Shown: piece after piece, positions 36,501-47,639 of the stretch
Numbering within the stretch: position 1 is the first letter of the stretch
Layout of the letters: each line of letters starts with the position of its first letter
The notes under the pieces: model-generated
Databases searched by the model: none
Told to the model about the DNA's origin: nothing
The model's input: the letters and a program-made list of their open reading frames with translations, nothing else
Source of the DNA: Raillietiella orientalis
Lineage: Eukaryota
Direction of reading: 5' to 3'
Assembly (NCBI GenBank): GCA_036172245.1
Contig: JAYWIR010000022.1
Coordinates: 682,001-746,000 of the forward strand
Length of the DNA: 64,000 bases
Position numbers and translations under genes: made by a program

Positions 36501-38327
36501 GGACTTTGAGGTTTAGACTCTCTTTGTAGGCTGATCCATTTGACTGGGATGCTCTGGGCGACGCAGGAACGACAGCAGTTCGAAGAGATCTTCGCGGAAG
36601 GCGGCGGCGATCCGGCGACATGGCAGTCGGCCAAGATCTAAAGGGGAAGAGTCAGCTTTTACCTTAGGAACTCCGATGGCAGCAAGAGCAGAAGACTCAT
36701 CTGCCTCTCGCAAGGAGTTGGGCGCCTCGGTAGCTCAGCGGGAGCGTGCCAAGTCGGCTGCACCAAAGCACCAGTTCGGACCAGCTACTCCCCGTTCCTC
36801 CGCCTGAGGCTCCTCATGGGTCAGTGTGCGGACTGCCAGATCACTGTTCCCCAGCTGGAAAAAGAAGAGGGAAAGGGTCCGAGATTCGAGGGAACAGAGG
36901 AGCGCTCGCAGAGGTTTCTGGGTACTGCTTTCCCAAAAGAATAAAGAAGACGAAAAAGGAAAAGAACCAATAGAGCGGGTTTTGGAGGTGTCCCTCAGCT
37001 CCTCCGAGGCACCTAGGAAACGGCGCGTTCCTCCAGCGACCTGAGCCAAGGGTAGGCAAACCTATCCTTTGCCGAACCTTGGAGTCCAGGGCTCCTTCTG
37101 CCGCACCAAGAATTTAGGGTTTCATTTGAAATGAGAACTGCCATCGATCGGGTAATCATCTCGAGTCTGGAGTTCATCGAACATTCGCTTCATGAGCAGG
37201 ATCCATCATTCTTGGAAACAGGAAGAGGAGAGGGGACTGCCCATCTTTCATTTTGATGATGAGAGTGCCGTTCGGATTTGCTTGCAGCTTGCACTCTGCG
37301 CACACCGGATCATACCGGGATGATGCCTTTTGCCTGAAAGGCACGCGGTAACCATGGAAACATGTACCAGCCCCGGTTTGCTTCCCTGGAGAAAAGTTTC
37401 CTATCTTGCTGTGTCCATCAAGCGGTAGGAGGGTCGTTCGTGCCATAGGGATTCGAAATCGCGCACGCACGCAGCGGGGTGCACGCAAGTGTGTGTTCCC
37501 TGGGTGCATAAGTGGTGAAGGTCAGGTCGGGTTCCATACTGGATCGGGGTCCTAGGATGGGAAGGGGGAGGCTGTGCTCTTGCAGATGGTGGGTTGAGGG
37601 AACGGGGAATGATTTACCGACTAAAAGGGGTGTGGTCTTGTTCACTGACAGTAGTTGCCTTTGGATTTCACATCACGCTGCAGCGTAATAGGTCAGGGTA
37701 GGTTAATAAGACGTATTAGATTGTTGCTGCGATGGTGCTATGTGTATGGTGTTTTTATCATGGTCTCCTGAGACTAATGAAGACTATGATTTCATGGTTC
37801 TTGCAAAGACGATCTTCAAATTTGGTGGTAACGGTCCATTTTTGTGACATCGATTCCGGTGCTCTGTTCTGTCACTTTTTATGTACCTTCGTTGCCACTC
37901 CGTGTGTTCCTTGCCTTCGAGCGATTCCAGAACCGTTGGCCAACTTCAAAACTTTTTCCCCTCTGAAGCACCAGCGATTTGCTGCTGGGTTCTTCTCCTT
38001 CCAGCGGAACACCTGTAGCTGGAAATTCCAGAGTTCTGATTGCTCACGTTGTTCTCATTCTTAGATTTCAAGGGTTAATTGGAACTCTGGATAAAATCTG
38101 GAGATCGTGGTTTCACCGAAAGCCTTCCTAAGAAACGCTTACCAATTGTTTCCCGAATTGGAACCCATGCCTCCTGTCGGACAGAATTCTTAGTAGCAGC
38201 CCTGAAGCTGTAAAGGTTGCTTCGCACGGTGGGTATAGACAGTGTTCGCAGTGTTCGTCTGTTTCGTCTGTTTGAACAGATTTTGCCTCCATTACAACTA
38301 CCACCATCCTATGCTGCCCGCGGCTGT

Positions 38328-38349
38328 TGCCTCCGCTATAGCGGAGGCA
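38328..38349. repeat. Perfect 22-bp palindrome TGCCTCCGCTATAGCGGAGGCA
   Basis: The sequence equals its own reverse complement, with no spacer. Confidence 0.95.
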
Positions 38350-40035
38350 GGAGCTCATTGAGCTTTGACGTGAGGACATCGCTCAACTCTTTGAGCTGAG
38401 CTCTTCACGTGAGGAGTCCTTCGGCCTCCTTACGACGCGACAGTCCAGGCTCAGTTTCTGCTGCACCTACCTAAGCCGCATGGCAGTTCTTGAAGCTCTA
38501 GCAGTTTTTCCTGTGTGAAAATGTGAATTAGTCGAGCATGGGGTGTTGCTACCGGAAACTGTTGGACGGACTTGTGTAGACGAGGACGCTTCATAGACTA
38601 GACACAATGGTCCTCGAGCGACGCAACTGGAGAAAGAGACTAAGAAAGAATCACAAAAAAGAACCAGAACTGCTTCCTTAATTGTAAGAGCTTCATTTCA
38701 CGCAACCCCCCTCGCGTTCCATTCAGCGCGATTCGCGCATGGCAGCTTCCTTTTGTGATTCCTTTGCAAGAGGGAAACAACAGGTGCCAGAAAGAAATTT
38801 CATTGCAAACTAGGATGACGGAGAAAGTGAAACCACTTTGCCACAAGTCATCGTCCGACTCTGATTTCTTCAGGGTCTCAACTACGCATTGTCGTGTCAC
38901 CTGGAACATTCAAATGGCGTTTCTTTTCGTGCTGTTCATAGACGGATTGTTCTGAAGCGAGGAGGCAGAACACCACGAGATGAGACGGAACTCGGGATTC
39001 CTCGGACGGCTGTCTTCCGTGAAGGAAGGGGCCTCCCGTTTCGGTAGCAGCAATCCCGAGATCCAGACTCGGATCCTTAGCATTTGCGATGCATCTACTG
39101 CAAATTCAGTGCGCAGGTGACCGCAAGTGGCCACATTCCACAGAAAGACGGGAAGGTGGAAAGACGTGAACGCCAAGGAAGTGTGGGAAAAACCAAAGGA
39201 GTCGCCTCCAGCCGCCGAGAGTCGCTACCTGCAGTGACTGGTCAAGAAGAAACACTTGGGGCAAACGCGGAAAGGGCGATTTCAGCATTTTCCTATTTGT
39301 GAGCGATTGCACCCATCTATGCCTTCCTCCTCCATCAGGGGGATTAACTCCTCCACGCTGCTATGGACCGCCGGAATCTCCGGAATTTCCCCCTAATTTG
39401 TTAATGGAGCAAGCATGCAAAGATTCGAGATCTCGTGCTTAAGCTCCCTCGGTGCTGCTGACCATTCGAAGTCCCCCAGCATTCTCCCCAGTTAGGCTCT
39501 GCCGTGGCGATCGATTGGCTATGGAAAGGAGCAGTGAAAGTCGGACGTCCCTCTAACGAGCACTCGGTGTGTGCTGCGAAAGTGTCTTTCCCTCAGTTGG
39601 CAGCACCCTCATGCCCGAAATTCCTTTTTGAATTCTTCTAATTGCTGAGCCGGCTGAAATCTGGCCCTAGCTTTCCACAACCTCCGACAGAGTCGTTACA
39701 AATGGATGCTGATGTGTCCGCTCGTCACGAAGAAGAGGAAGTGAATGACCTCCCTGTTGTTCCCGTGGCCTGTTATCCGCAGAGTCGGGCTTCAGAGGCT
39801 TGGAAACTTGGGCGTGCTCTTCTGTTGTTTGCGTTGCTCTGCAGCAAAAGGCTCGTGTTCTTTTCTTCTCCAATAAGGTATCCAAGACCGAGCATCCCTT
39901 GGAAATCACCTGAGGCAGAAGAAAATTGGTTTTTGCTATTCAGTCGAGGCACCCACAGCGCTTGTACTTGGAGTCGTGAGACTCGAAAAACAGCAACAAT
40001 GACAACAATGAGGGTCACTGGGTATTTCTTCGGCC

Positions 40036-41280
40036 TTGGGAGTCTGCAAAGTGCATTCGTTATTCTTCTATCTTGGCAGCTATGTGGCTACGCTCTCCTC
40101 ACATGGTACTAAGGATTGCTGGGTCGAATCCCTAAGTGGAGGATCGAAGACAAAGAAATGGGTACGTATCGTGTGGGTTTCGAGTCCCCCCAGCAGGGTG
40201 GCCTTGGCTGCCCCGTGCGGGTGCGGCACCGGTGGAAGCCGGGAACCTGATGTTCCCTTTGACTGGCCTCCGGGAGTGGAAGTGGACCCTCCGGGGTCCT
40301 TTCAGGAATCGAGAAGCCGGTTCCCTTCCTGGTTCCCCACTGCCTGGAAGAATGGCGCCATTCCCCTTTCGGGAGGGAAACCCTCCATCGCGTACCAGGG
40401 AGCTGATCGATACCCCAATCGGGGGTTGTTTTTCTGGAGTGGGAAGAAAAACGCCGCTCCCTTCGCGAAGCGCTCCTTCAGAGGGATTGGGAAGCATCCC
40501 TTCGGAGATCTCTTCAGAGGAGAAGGAAACGAGGAGCAGATCCTTTCCGGGTTTCCTCCGGAGAAGAAACGAGGATTGGCTCCCACAAAACAGGGGTCTC
40601 CTTCGAAGACAACCAGGAAGTGGCTCCCAGTGCTCGAGAACAGCCGCGTTTTCCCCCTGAAGTGGCAGAAGTCGGCACTTCTGCTGTTGCACCGAGGTCT
40701 TTCCTCCAACTCCCTCTGGACGCTGGGGAGGGCAAGTCCGGACGGTCGCAGGTGCAGGGAACGAGAGTCCCTCCCTCACTGTTTGTGAATCGTGTTGCCC
40801 TCTGGCCTCTACGGGAATGTTTCGGAACGACCGTCCGGAACCAGGTCGGTGCCTACCCCAGGGACGTTTTGAGGCTCCTCTTCGTGCGGGACGCCCTTCA
40901 GCCAGCCGCAGCTCCAGCAGCGCTTTGCTGCATCCGCGGGAATGAGGCAGCCTGGAGCGAAGCCGAAAAGGGACGAGAAGGGAGGGACGCTGTCCATTTC
41001 ACAGTACGCTTTCTGCGAATAGTAGCAGCCAGTCAGCCCCACCTGGTACCTATTCGGACGCACCTAGATGGCATCCTGGAAAGGATGCAGACTCCCTCCG
41101 GTGGATAGTGGTCCCTCAGGAAAGCCTCCCAAAGATTTTTATTCATTTCTATTTACTCTTTCTTTTTCCTTTTTTTTTTCTCCCATCTCCCTCAGCCGTC
41201 GAGATGACCTCCCCTGCCGGTGTGCGCACCGGAGACCCTGCAGGTCCGTGGACAAACAGTGTGTGCCACCACGTGTCCTA
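40036..41280 (+). mobile_element. Subfamily A LINE ORF2 3' portion plus UTR; 5' boundary uncertain
   Basis: KWLPVLENSRVFPLKWQKSALLLLHRGLSSN...RRCRERESLPHCL/FVNRVALWPL...PRDVLRLLFVRDALQPAAAPAALCCIRG...HLDGILERM. T-rich tract at 41135-41180 and hairpin at 41217-41232. Confidence 0.9.
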
Positions 41281-42279
41281 CTACAATTTGCGACTTTCTT
41301 TTAAATTCTAAGGAATGCCCCGGCGTGTCCGAGTGGAAATAGGGGACGACCAGGGTAATCACCATGGATGATGGCAATCACAATCACTGCATGTTGAAGT
41401 TAGTGAAGAGAATTGGTAAAAGTAAAGGAAACGTGGATGCTGGTGGAAATTGGATAGCATCATTGGTACGGTAGAGGCTTCTGGAATTCGGTTCTGTACC
41501 TTTTTCAAATAGGGCCCGAGTCTGCCGGTGGGACCTGGTAAAATGGAGATCTCCTCCGTCGGCGCGGTCGCATCCCGTGTTCCAGCTGTCTTGCGGGACG
41601 CAAGCGCGTTCGAGCGGTTCCGTTTGTTCCGGAGCCCGGTTCCTTGCGTGCGCTCCCGAGGGGAAGAGGAGGCACACCGGAAAGAAAACGCCTCGACCAA
41701 CACAGGCCACTGGGACCCCGTCAGCTTTAATGCCCCCCCCCGCTTGCCCAGTATCCCGAGCGTTTCTTTTAGTGTCACCGAGCGCAGTCCTGGGAAGCAT
41801 CGATCCCAGATTTCCTGATGCATAAAGAGTGCATAGCAGAAGCATCACAGCGGATGCAAGATCATCTCACTGCTCTCCTCCTTGCTGCAACACATCACGA
41901 AAGCATCGAATCACTAGACAGTGGAGACTTAAATACAGCGTGAGCTGGCAAATGGCGAGTGCTTTTAGCGCACCTAAACCGTAATTCTATAAATAGCACA
42001 CCGAACTGCTTCAACGCCATGATCTTTGCACATCAGCTTCCATTTTTCCCACAATCCCTCAATATACTACCGTTAGCACACCAATAAACACTATAAGATT
42101 ATCTAATCGAAATTTTTTTTTGTTTGGTTCGCTCACCTATCTTAGGGGAGGCTTATATCTTCAACACTGTCCACGCCACCCGAGAATGCATATCGGTCAG
42201 GGGTCAACCTCGGAAGAAACTGTTAATTCCAGAGGAAGGGCTCCGGAGAAACGAGTCCTTCCCTCTCATACTTGGGAGG

Positions 42280-42540
42280 GAACACCGAAGTGGACCTCTT
42301 CTTCCTCGTTCTCCCCGCAGGGGTATCCAGGTTTGTGGGGACCGCCCCTCGTTTCTTCTCCGTAGGGACCTCCGAAAAGGATCCACTCCTTGTTTTCTTC
42401 CTCTGAGAGAACCCGGAAGGGAAGCTTCCTAGTTTCTCTGAAGGGTTGCTCTCCCGAAGGGAGCAGCGTGCTTCTTGACACTCTGGAGAGGTATCGCGCC
42501 AGCTCCATGGTACGAGACGGAGGATCCCCCACAAGGGGAG
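42280..42540 (-). mobile_element. Internal LINE ORF2 fragment, inverted homologue of about 40370-40600
   Basis: cctcgtttcttctccg..aaaggatc..ctctgaagg..cgaagggagc..cagctcc.tggtacg is shared with the reverse complement of 40370-40600. Confidence 0.8.
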
Positions 42541-42584
42541 GGCCGCTCCTTTGCACTCATGGAGGGGAATCTCTAAGGGAACCG

Positions 42585-42835
42585 CACTCCTTGGTTCTGT
42601 TTTCTGGAAGGACTAGGAAGGTCGACTCCCAATCCTATTCATTCATCGGGGCCATCCAGTTTAAGTGCTACTGGTGCCTCATCTGTTTATGGGCCAACCA
42701 GAGTCATCTTGCGGGGGGAACTCGAATCTAAGACGCGCCCATTTCTCGTCGTCGATTCTTTACGAGTATTCGAACCCACGACTTCTAGTGCCCCGCGCAG
42801 AGACCGCAGCCACGCGGCCTCCAACGCAGGCTAAC
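42585..42835 (-). repeat. Dispersed repeat copy 2 (partner 15560-15820)
   Basis: See copy 1. Minus-strand peptide VGGRVAAVSARGTRSRGFEYS*RIDDEKWARLRFEFPPQDDSGWP. Confidence 0.85.
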
Positions 42836-43516
42836 CATCAGATCACATAGGAGCCGTTGCTGAAGGACACCTCAGTGTTTCGGACCCTCTGATGTCGAGA
42901 ATGTCCTGTTCATTCGGGCATTTCATTGCCGTTCGAGTGACAAACCTGGATCAAGGATCCAAGGAGTACGTTGAGAAGGTGGGTCTGGGAAGAGAACCAG
43001 GGTAGCAGACTGGCTCCTGGCGTAATCGGATTCCTCCGCATTTTTTCTGCTGCTCAGGCATCGTGCAAAATTCCTCTGTCGGGAATTCCCCACCGCAACT
43101 CTCGCAGTGCCTGCAGCCCGAGTCCTCGGAGCATGCTAGCTGTCATGGCAGTCATGACTTCTTGAGAGTCCATGACTCTTCTCATGCAAAATCCAAAAGA
43201 GAACCTTTGGTTCGTCCTTCGGTTGCACTTTCAGCCCTTCTTACTGTTGCGAGCGCGGGCTCCATGGGGGCGATACTCTTGAAGAAAGGAGACTGTACTC
43301 CGCCTGCCGCACAGGCTGGGTCTTTAGAAACAGTATCTTGACGAAGGAGCATCTCTCCAGGCTTCTCATAGCAACGTTGATGAGGAAGGTTGGATTTAAC
43401 AGGAGCCTCTACGTTTACCAGTGCTTCCTGCTGGCTGCGTTTCTTTTGAGTGGGAACATAACCTTCCACGTGATATTACTGTAGCAGAGCAATTGCTGCA
43501 CATAGATTCCCCTCAC

Positions 43517-45655
43517 AGATGGTGCGCGAGACGGAAGAATCGTCAGAGGGAACCCTCGGGGTACCGATGCGGATCCACACATCCTTCTGAGGACGCACTT
43601 GTCAAACAACACGTTCACTTTGACCCTGGGAGGGGAGGGGGTCAAGTTAACCGGTTTGCACTCAACGGCCTCGTCATAAGGAGCGTCTACGCGCCCTGCA
43701 ATCTCCAACCCTAGGGAGACCAGGTAAACTGCCTGCAGGACTCGGGACGAGACTAGTGACAACGGACGCACATTGGGGCACCGCACCCGATAGTAGGCGA
43801 CGATAATGCCCGCCTACTCCCAGACGCTTCCACAGTCAGCGGCCCAAAGTCGGTAGGGTACGTGAAGCGAAGCATACCACCGTCGACCACCTGTTCCTCG
43901 ATGACCACCTGCGTGAGAGGGTCTGCCCACGAAGACGAACTCTGTCCACCCGGTCGGATCATCGCCGGATCGAACGTGAGCCGGTTCCGCAAGCAGAGCA
44001 CCCGGAGGCGAAGTTCTGGAGCATCTCCAAAGGCGGAATCAGCCAACCGAAAGGCCGGGAGAAACCTCGAGCGGTGCTGGCGAGCTGCTCCATCAGCACG
44101 GTAGGAGGCGGCGATCAGTTTTCAGATCCCGTGCGTTCCCTCATGGGAGTGGCGTCCTCCGCATCTCCCAGCGGAAGATTTCGCGGCAGGGCAAATACGC
44201 AGGGAAGCGTCCCTGAGGGCACGCACCCCACCAGGCAGCCGAATGTCGAGCGTTCCGCGCGTTGCGATGCCTCGGCGCACAGATCACGCTGGCAGTGAGC
44301 AGCGGCAGGCACCGGAAAGTGTAGTGCGCTGCTCTCCGGAGCGGGTGTGGCGAGACAACGGCGCCACCGCCTCCTGAGTGCGAAAGCGTCTCCTGACCAT
44401 GGCCGTGCCACAGAGCCGCTCGGGGTGACCAGGTGCACGCTGCCGGAGGGCACCTTCAACCGGCGTCGCGTGCCCTTCGCGACCAGCGACACCGTGACCG
44501 CCCTCCGAGGACTACAGGTTGGAACAGCCTGCACCGCAACCTCTTCTTGGTGGCAGCACCCTTTGACGAGCCGATCGGCGTTGCCTATCCGGGGGACTTC
44601 GGTGCCTGTTCCCGCATCCTGCAGATCATCCAGGCTGGTTCTGCTCCTACACGAAAGGGGTGGCCGGCTCTGCCTGAGCACCCAACGCCGACGTCGAGTC
44701 TCTCTGCTAGGCGTGGGGTGCGTGCTTAGCGTAGCTGCAGGAATGCTCAGTCGTTGGGTTGCGGGTCTAACGGTAAGTGCCCACGTGCTCCACGCCCCCG
44801 ACCGTTCAGGCTGCAGAGATAGGAAGCCACTGCCGCCTCTAAGAAGGACGCGAATTGCTCAGAAGGTTCGCTCGCGACTTCCTCCGGTCTCCGGTGACCC
44901 GCCCGCAGTGGAGGTCTACGCGCTTCTTTCGCTTTCTACGCGTGCTCTCCTGCAGTCTTTGCGGAGGCGTTCTTCGAGCTGCTTCGCAGGCGCTCCGGCG
45001 CGGAGGTGAACAGGCAAAAGTCGAGAGTCGCGTCATTGGGCTGACCGCGGAGTGATCCTCCTCGAAAACACGCGTGCTTGAATCGGTTGGAGTCCAACCG
45101 GGGGATGCCGCCCCATGGGGTCGTCGTCTCCAAGGGCGGCGGCGTTTATCCGGCCGGCCGGTCAAGACGCGGCGTGCCCTCCTGGCTCGCGTTTGCTTCC
45201 CGAGAGGGCGGCAGCGCGGGATGTGTGCTTCTGTCCTTTCTTCCGATCCTCCGCTTTTTTCCCTCCTGCGCGGAGACTGCAGTGTGCACCGTCAAGTCGC
45301 CGTCCCGCTGCGACCTCGACCGGACTCGGGGGACGACCGAAGGAGTTGGTTCCTTCCTCCAGGATGCGCTGCGGAGGCTGGCTCTGATGACGAGGCTGCG
45401 GAGCAGCCACTGGTGTCTCTCGTTGTAGGCATCCGCATCAGGTGCTCGGTAAAACGAGTGGATGTTGCGTCCATCCTCCCACGCAACCGCTGGCGGACGC
45501 GCGGTCTGTGTCTCCTGCTCCGCATATCTGCCCTGCTGCTGGAGGGCGGAGACGGCGTATCCGATTTCCCTGGTAACAGAAGCTTGTGTCGGCACGAGTG
45601 CTACCTGGAAAATGCAACCTTCCCGTAGAAGAGCTCCGTGAAACGCCTCAGGAGA
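43517..45655 (-). repeat. Right arm of the 2,139-bp inverted duplication
   Basis: Reverse complement of 28111-30249. Substitutions seen at 29233/44533, 29644/44122, 30173/43593 and 30237/43529. Confidence 0.98.
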
Positions 45656-46962
45656 GGATTCTTTTTTTTTTTTTTTCGGAGACGATTCTTCGGCGAGATT
45701 CTCATAATGAGGCTAGTGAGGATTTATCTTGAGCAGCAGCTCCTTCCATAAGAAAGAGGAGAGAGCACACTTGAAGAGGGAGTTGAATAGTGGGTATGTC
45801 TTGGCAGGTGTGAGGGTAAGAATGGTGTGTGTCCGGCTATGTTCTGCAGGAAGCTATGTTGAGTATTAAGAGAGCGTAGTAATTGAGTGGAGGAGCTGCA
45901 ATCAGTAGCAGAAGTAGGAAATGATCGAAACAGGCTCAGCGTTCACCGTCCCTAAGGAGCCGTCCAGAGGTGAAGAAGAAAAACGTTTTGCAGTAGGCAG
46001 AGGCGACTTCGCCAAACAGAGTGGAGCTGTGGAAGCGACCTTTTGCTTTTAGCTGCATTCTCTGAAATGTGATTGTCAGAAGGGTGCCTAGTGTACCTTT
46101 ATGGTGTTGGGAGTTCGCATTTTTTTTTACTGTGGATCCCTTCGTACTCCGATAAGGGAAGAGCGCTACTTTGCTCGGTAGCTGGTACCAGTCACGATGA
46201 AAGGAATACTCAATGCACAGTAATTCCTACGCGCCTGCTCTCTCTTGTTTCTGTATTTGCGTTTGCTCTTGTTATCCGCTGAATGCTTTACAAGTGAAAA
46301 TCATCAGCAATTGTTTTCATCGCTGCCGTTTCCAATCGCCATTTGCATATGGAAGCACTATGAGTTCCCAGCTATCCAACGAGATGGCAACACAGGTACT
46401 TCACAGGTGAAATGTTATCAAATCGCGTTTTACGTTTCTTTTTCCTTTATTTTTTGTGTTTTTTTTTTCTTGAATAAAGACAATATGCCCATCTCGAAGT
46501 GTAGCGATAGAGTGAGTCCCTAAACGACAGCTGTCTCTCTCCTGGTGAACTGGTAACGTGCTCCTGGGACCGGGGTTTCCATGAGTTGAGGACTACAGTA
46601 GACTAAAAAGTATCCATTAGAAGCTGAGGATCTGAGTCTTCCTTGCGATTGCTGGAGGCGGCAGAACTGCCGCCTTAGTTACATCGGTTACGGTCATATT
46701 TGTGGGTCTCCGAATTGCCTCCCGTAAGGAAAGTCTGGGTGTGCGTAAAGCTTCAGCTACAATTGCGTTTACTCCCAAAGGCCGCAATTCGGGAAAAGAC
46801 ACCACGTGAATTGTAAGCAATAGGCTAGAGACCAATCGCAGATGATTCCGAAAGAGCCCTAAACGGCGAGATAGTAAAGACACAAAGGCTTCCTAGAAGA
46901 GAGAGAAATGTACCAAGATGCAGAAACAGATTACCATATGCAGGAGCACGAACTCAAGTCGG

Positions 46963-47570
46963 TTTTTACCCGGTGACGCCGGGATGCTTATTTAAAAGAA
47001 ACAACAAATACAGCAAAAGTGACAAAAACGAGAGTTTATCCGAGATGACCATCGGCACGCAGGTCGGCTTCGAAAAAGTAGGAAACAGAGGGAGGGGACA
47101 ATAAATAAATAATAAAAGACGGGAATGTGGCGACAGGGATCTTTAGTTGGAGACGCTTTCTTCCATCTAGAAGCAGGTCTGGACGGTGGTGATCTCCCTG
47201 GAGATCTCTGGCTGATCAGACCACCTTGCTGCTGTCCTCATGGAGACGGCTGCCATGCTGGTGGCCTCTATTCTCCGCGAGCCTGACTGCAGCACGTGAA
47301 GGGCTGTGGAGCGGATAAAACATTTCGTTGCCATCACAGAGCTTTTTTTCAGTCCGACTCCTTCGAAGAATCGTCTCAGCAAGTCTAAAGCGGTGTCCTG
47401 CAGTTGTCGGAGTACCTAAAGGAGTCTCCATCACAAGGCTTCCAGAGCCCTGCAGTTCAACAAAAGATGCGGGAGCGGTTCCATCGTCCCGAACCTTAAA
47501 CAGTTCAAGGAGGCAACTCCCCCGGAAACCAGGTGTCTGTGCCGATTGCACTGGAATGCAGCAGAACATC
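46963..47570 (-). mobile_element. Subfamily B LINE 3' fragment with full UTR
   Basis: Collinear with 20205-20843 (ttccagtgcaatc..cacctggtttccgggggag; MRTAARWS). CCTGCGTG at 47063-47056 and terminal hairpin at 46969-46983. Confidence 0.9.
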
Positions 47571-47639
47571 CTTTAGTTTCCGCAGAAAGAACACGGAGGT
47601 GTCCGCACACAGAGAAGGGACCACGAGTACTTCGGTAAG

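Noticed and set aside
38170..38260. C2H2-like string CLYPPCEATF...LLR (minus)
   Set aside because: The His ligands are not correctly spaced, and part of the Cys pattern comes from a local tandem duplication.
38910..39312. Possible LINE ORF1 middle region (FHLPVFLWN...VDASQMLRIRVWI)
   Set aside because: Only a vague pattern resemblance, and no downstream zinc knuckle was found.
28111..45655. Polinton/Maverick or other self-synthesising element (size and long TIR-like arms fit)
   Set aside because: No pPolB, integrase, ATPase or capsid-like ORFs, no AG-repeat termini and no target-site duplication are visible.
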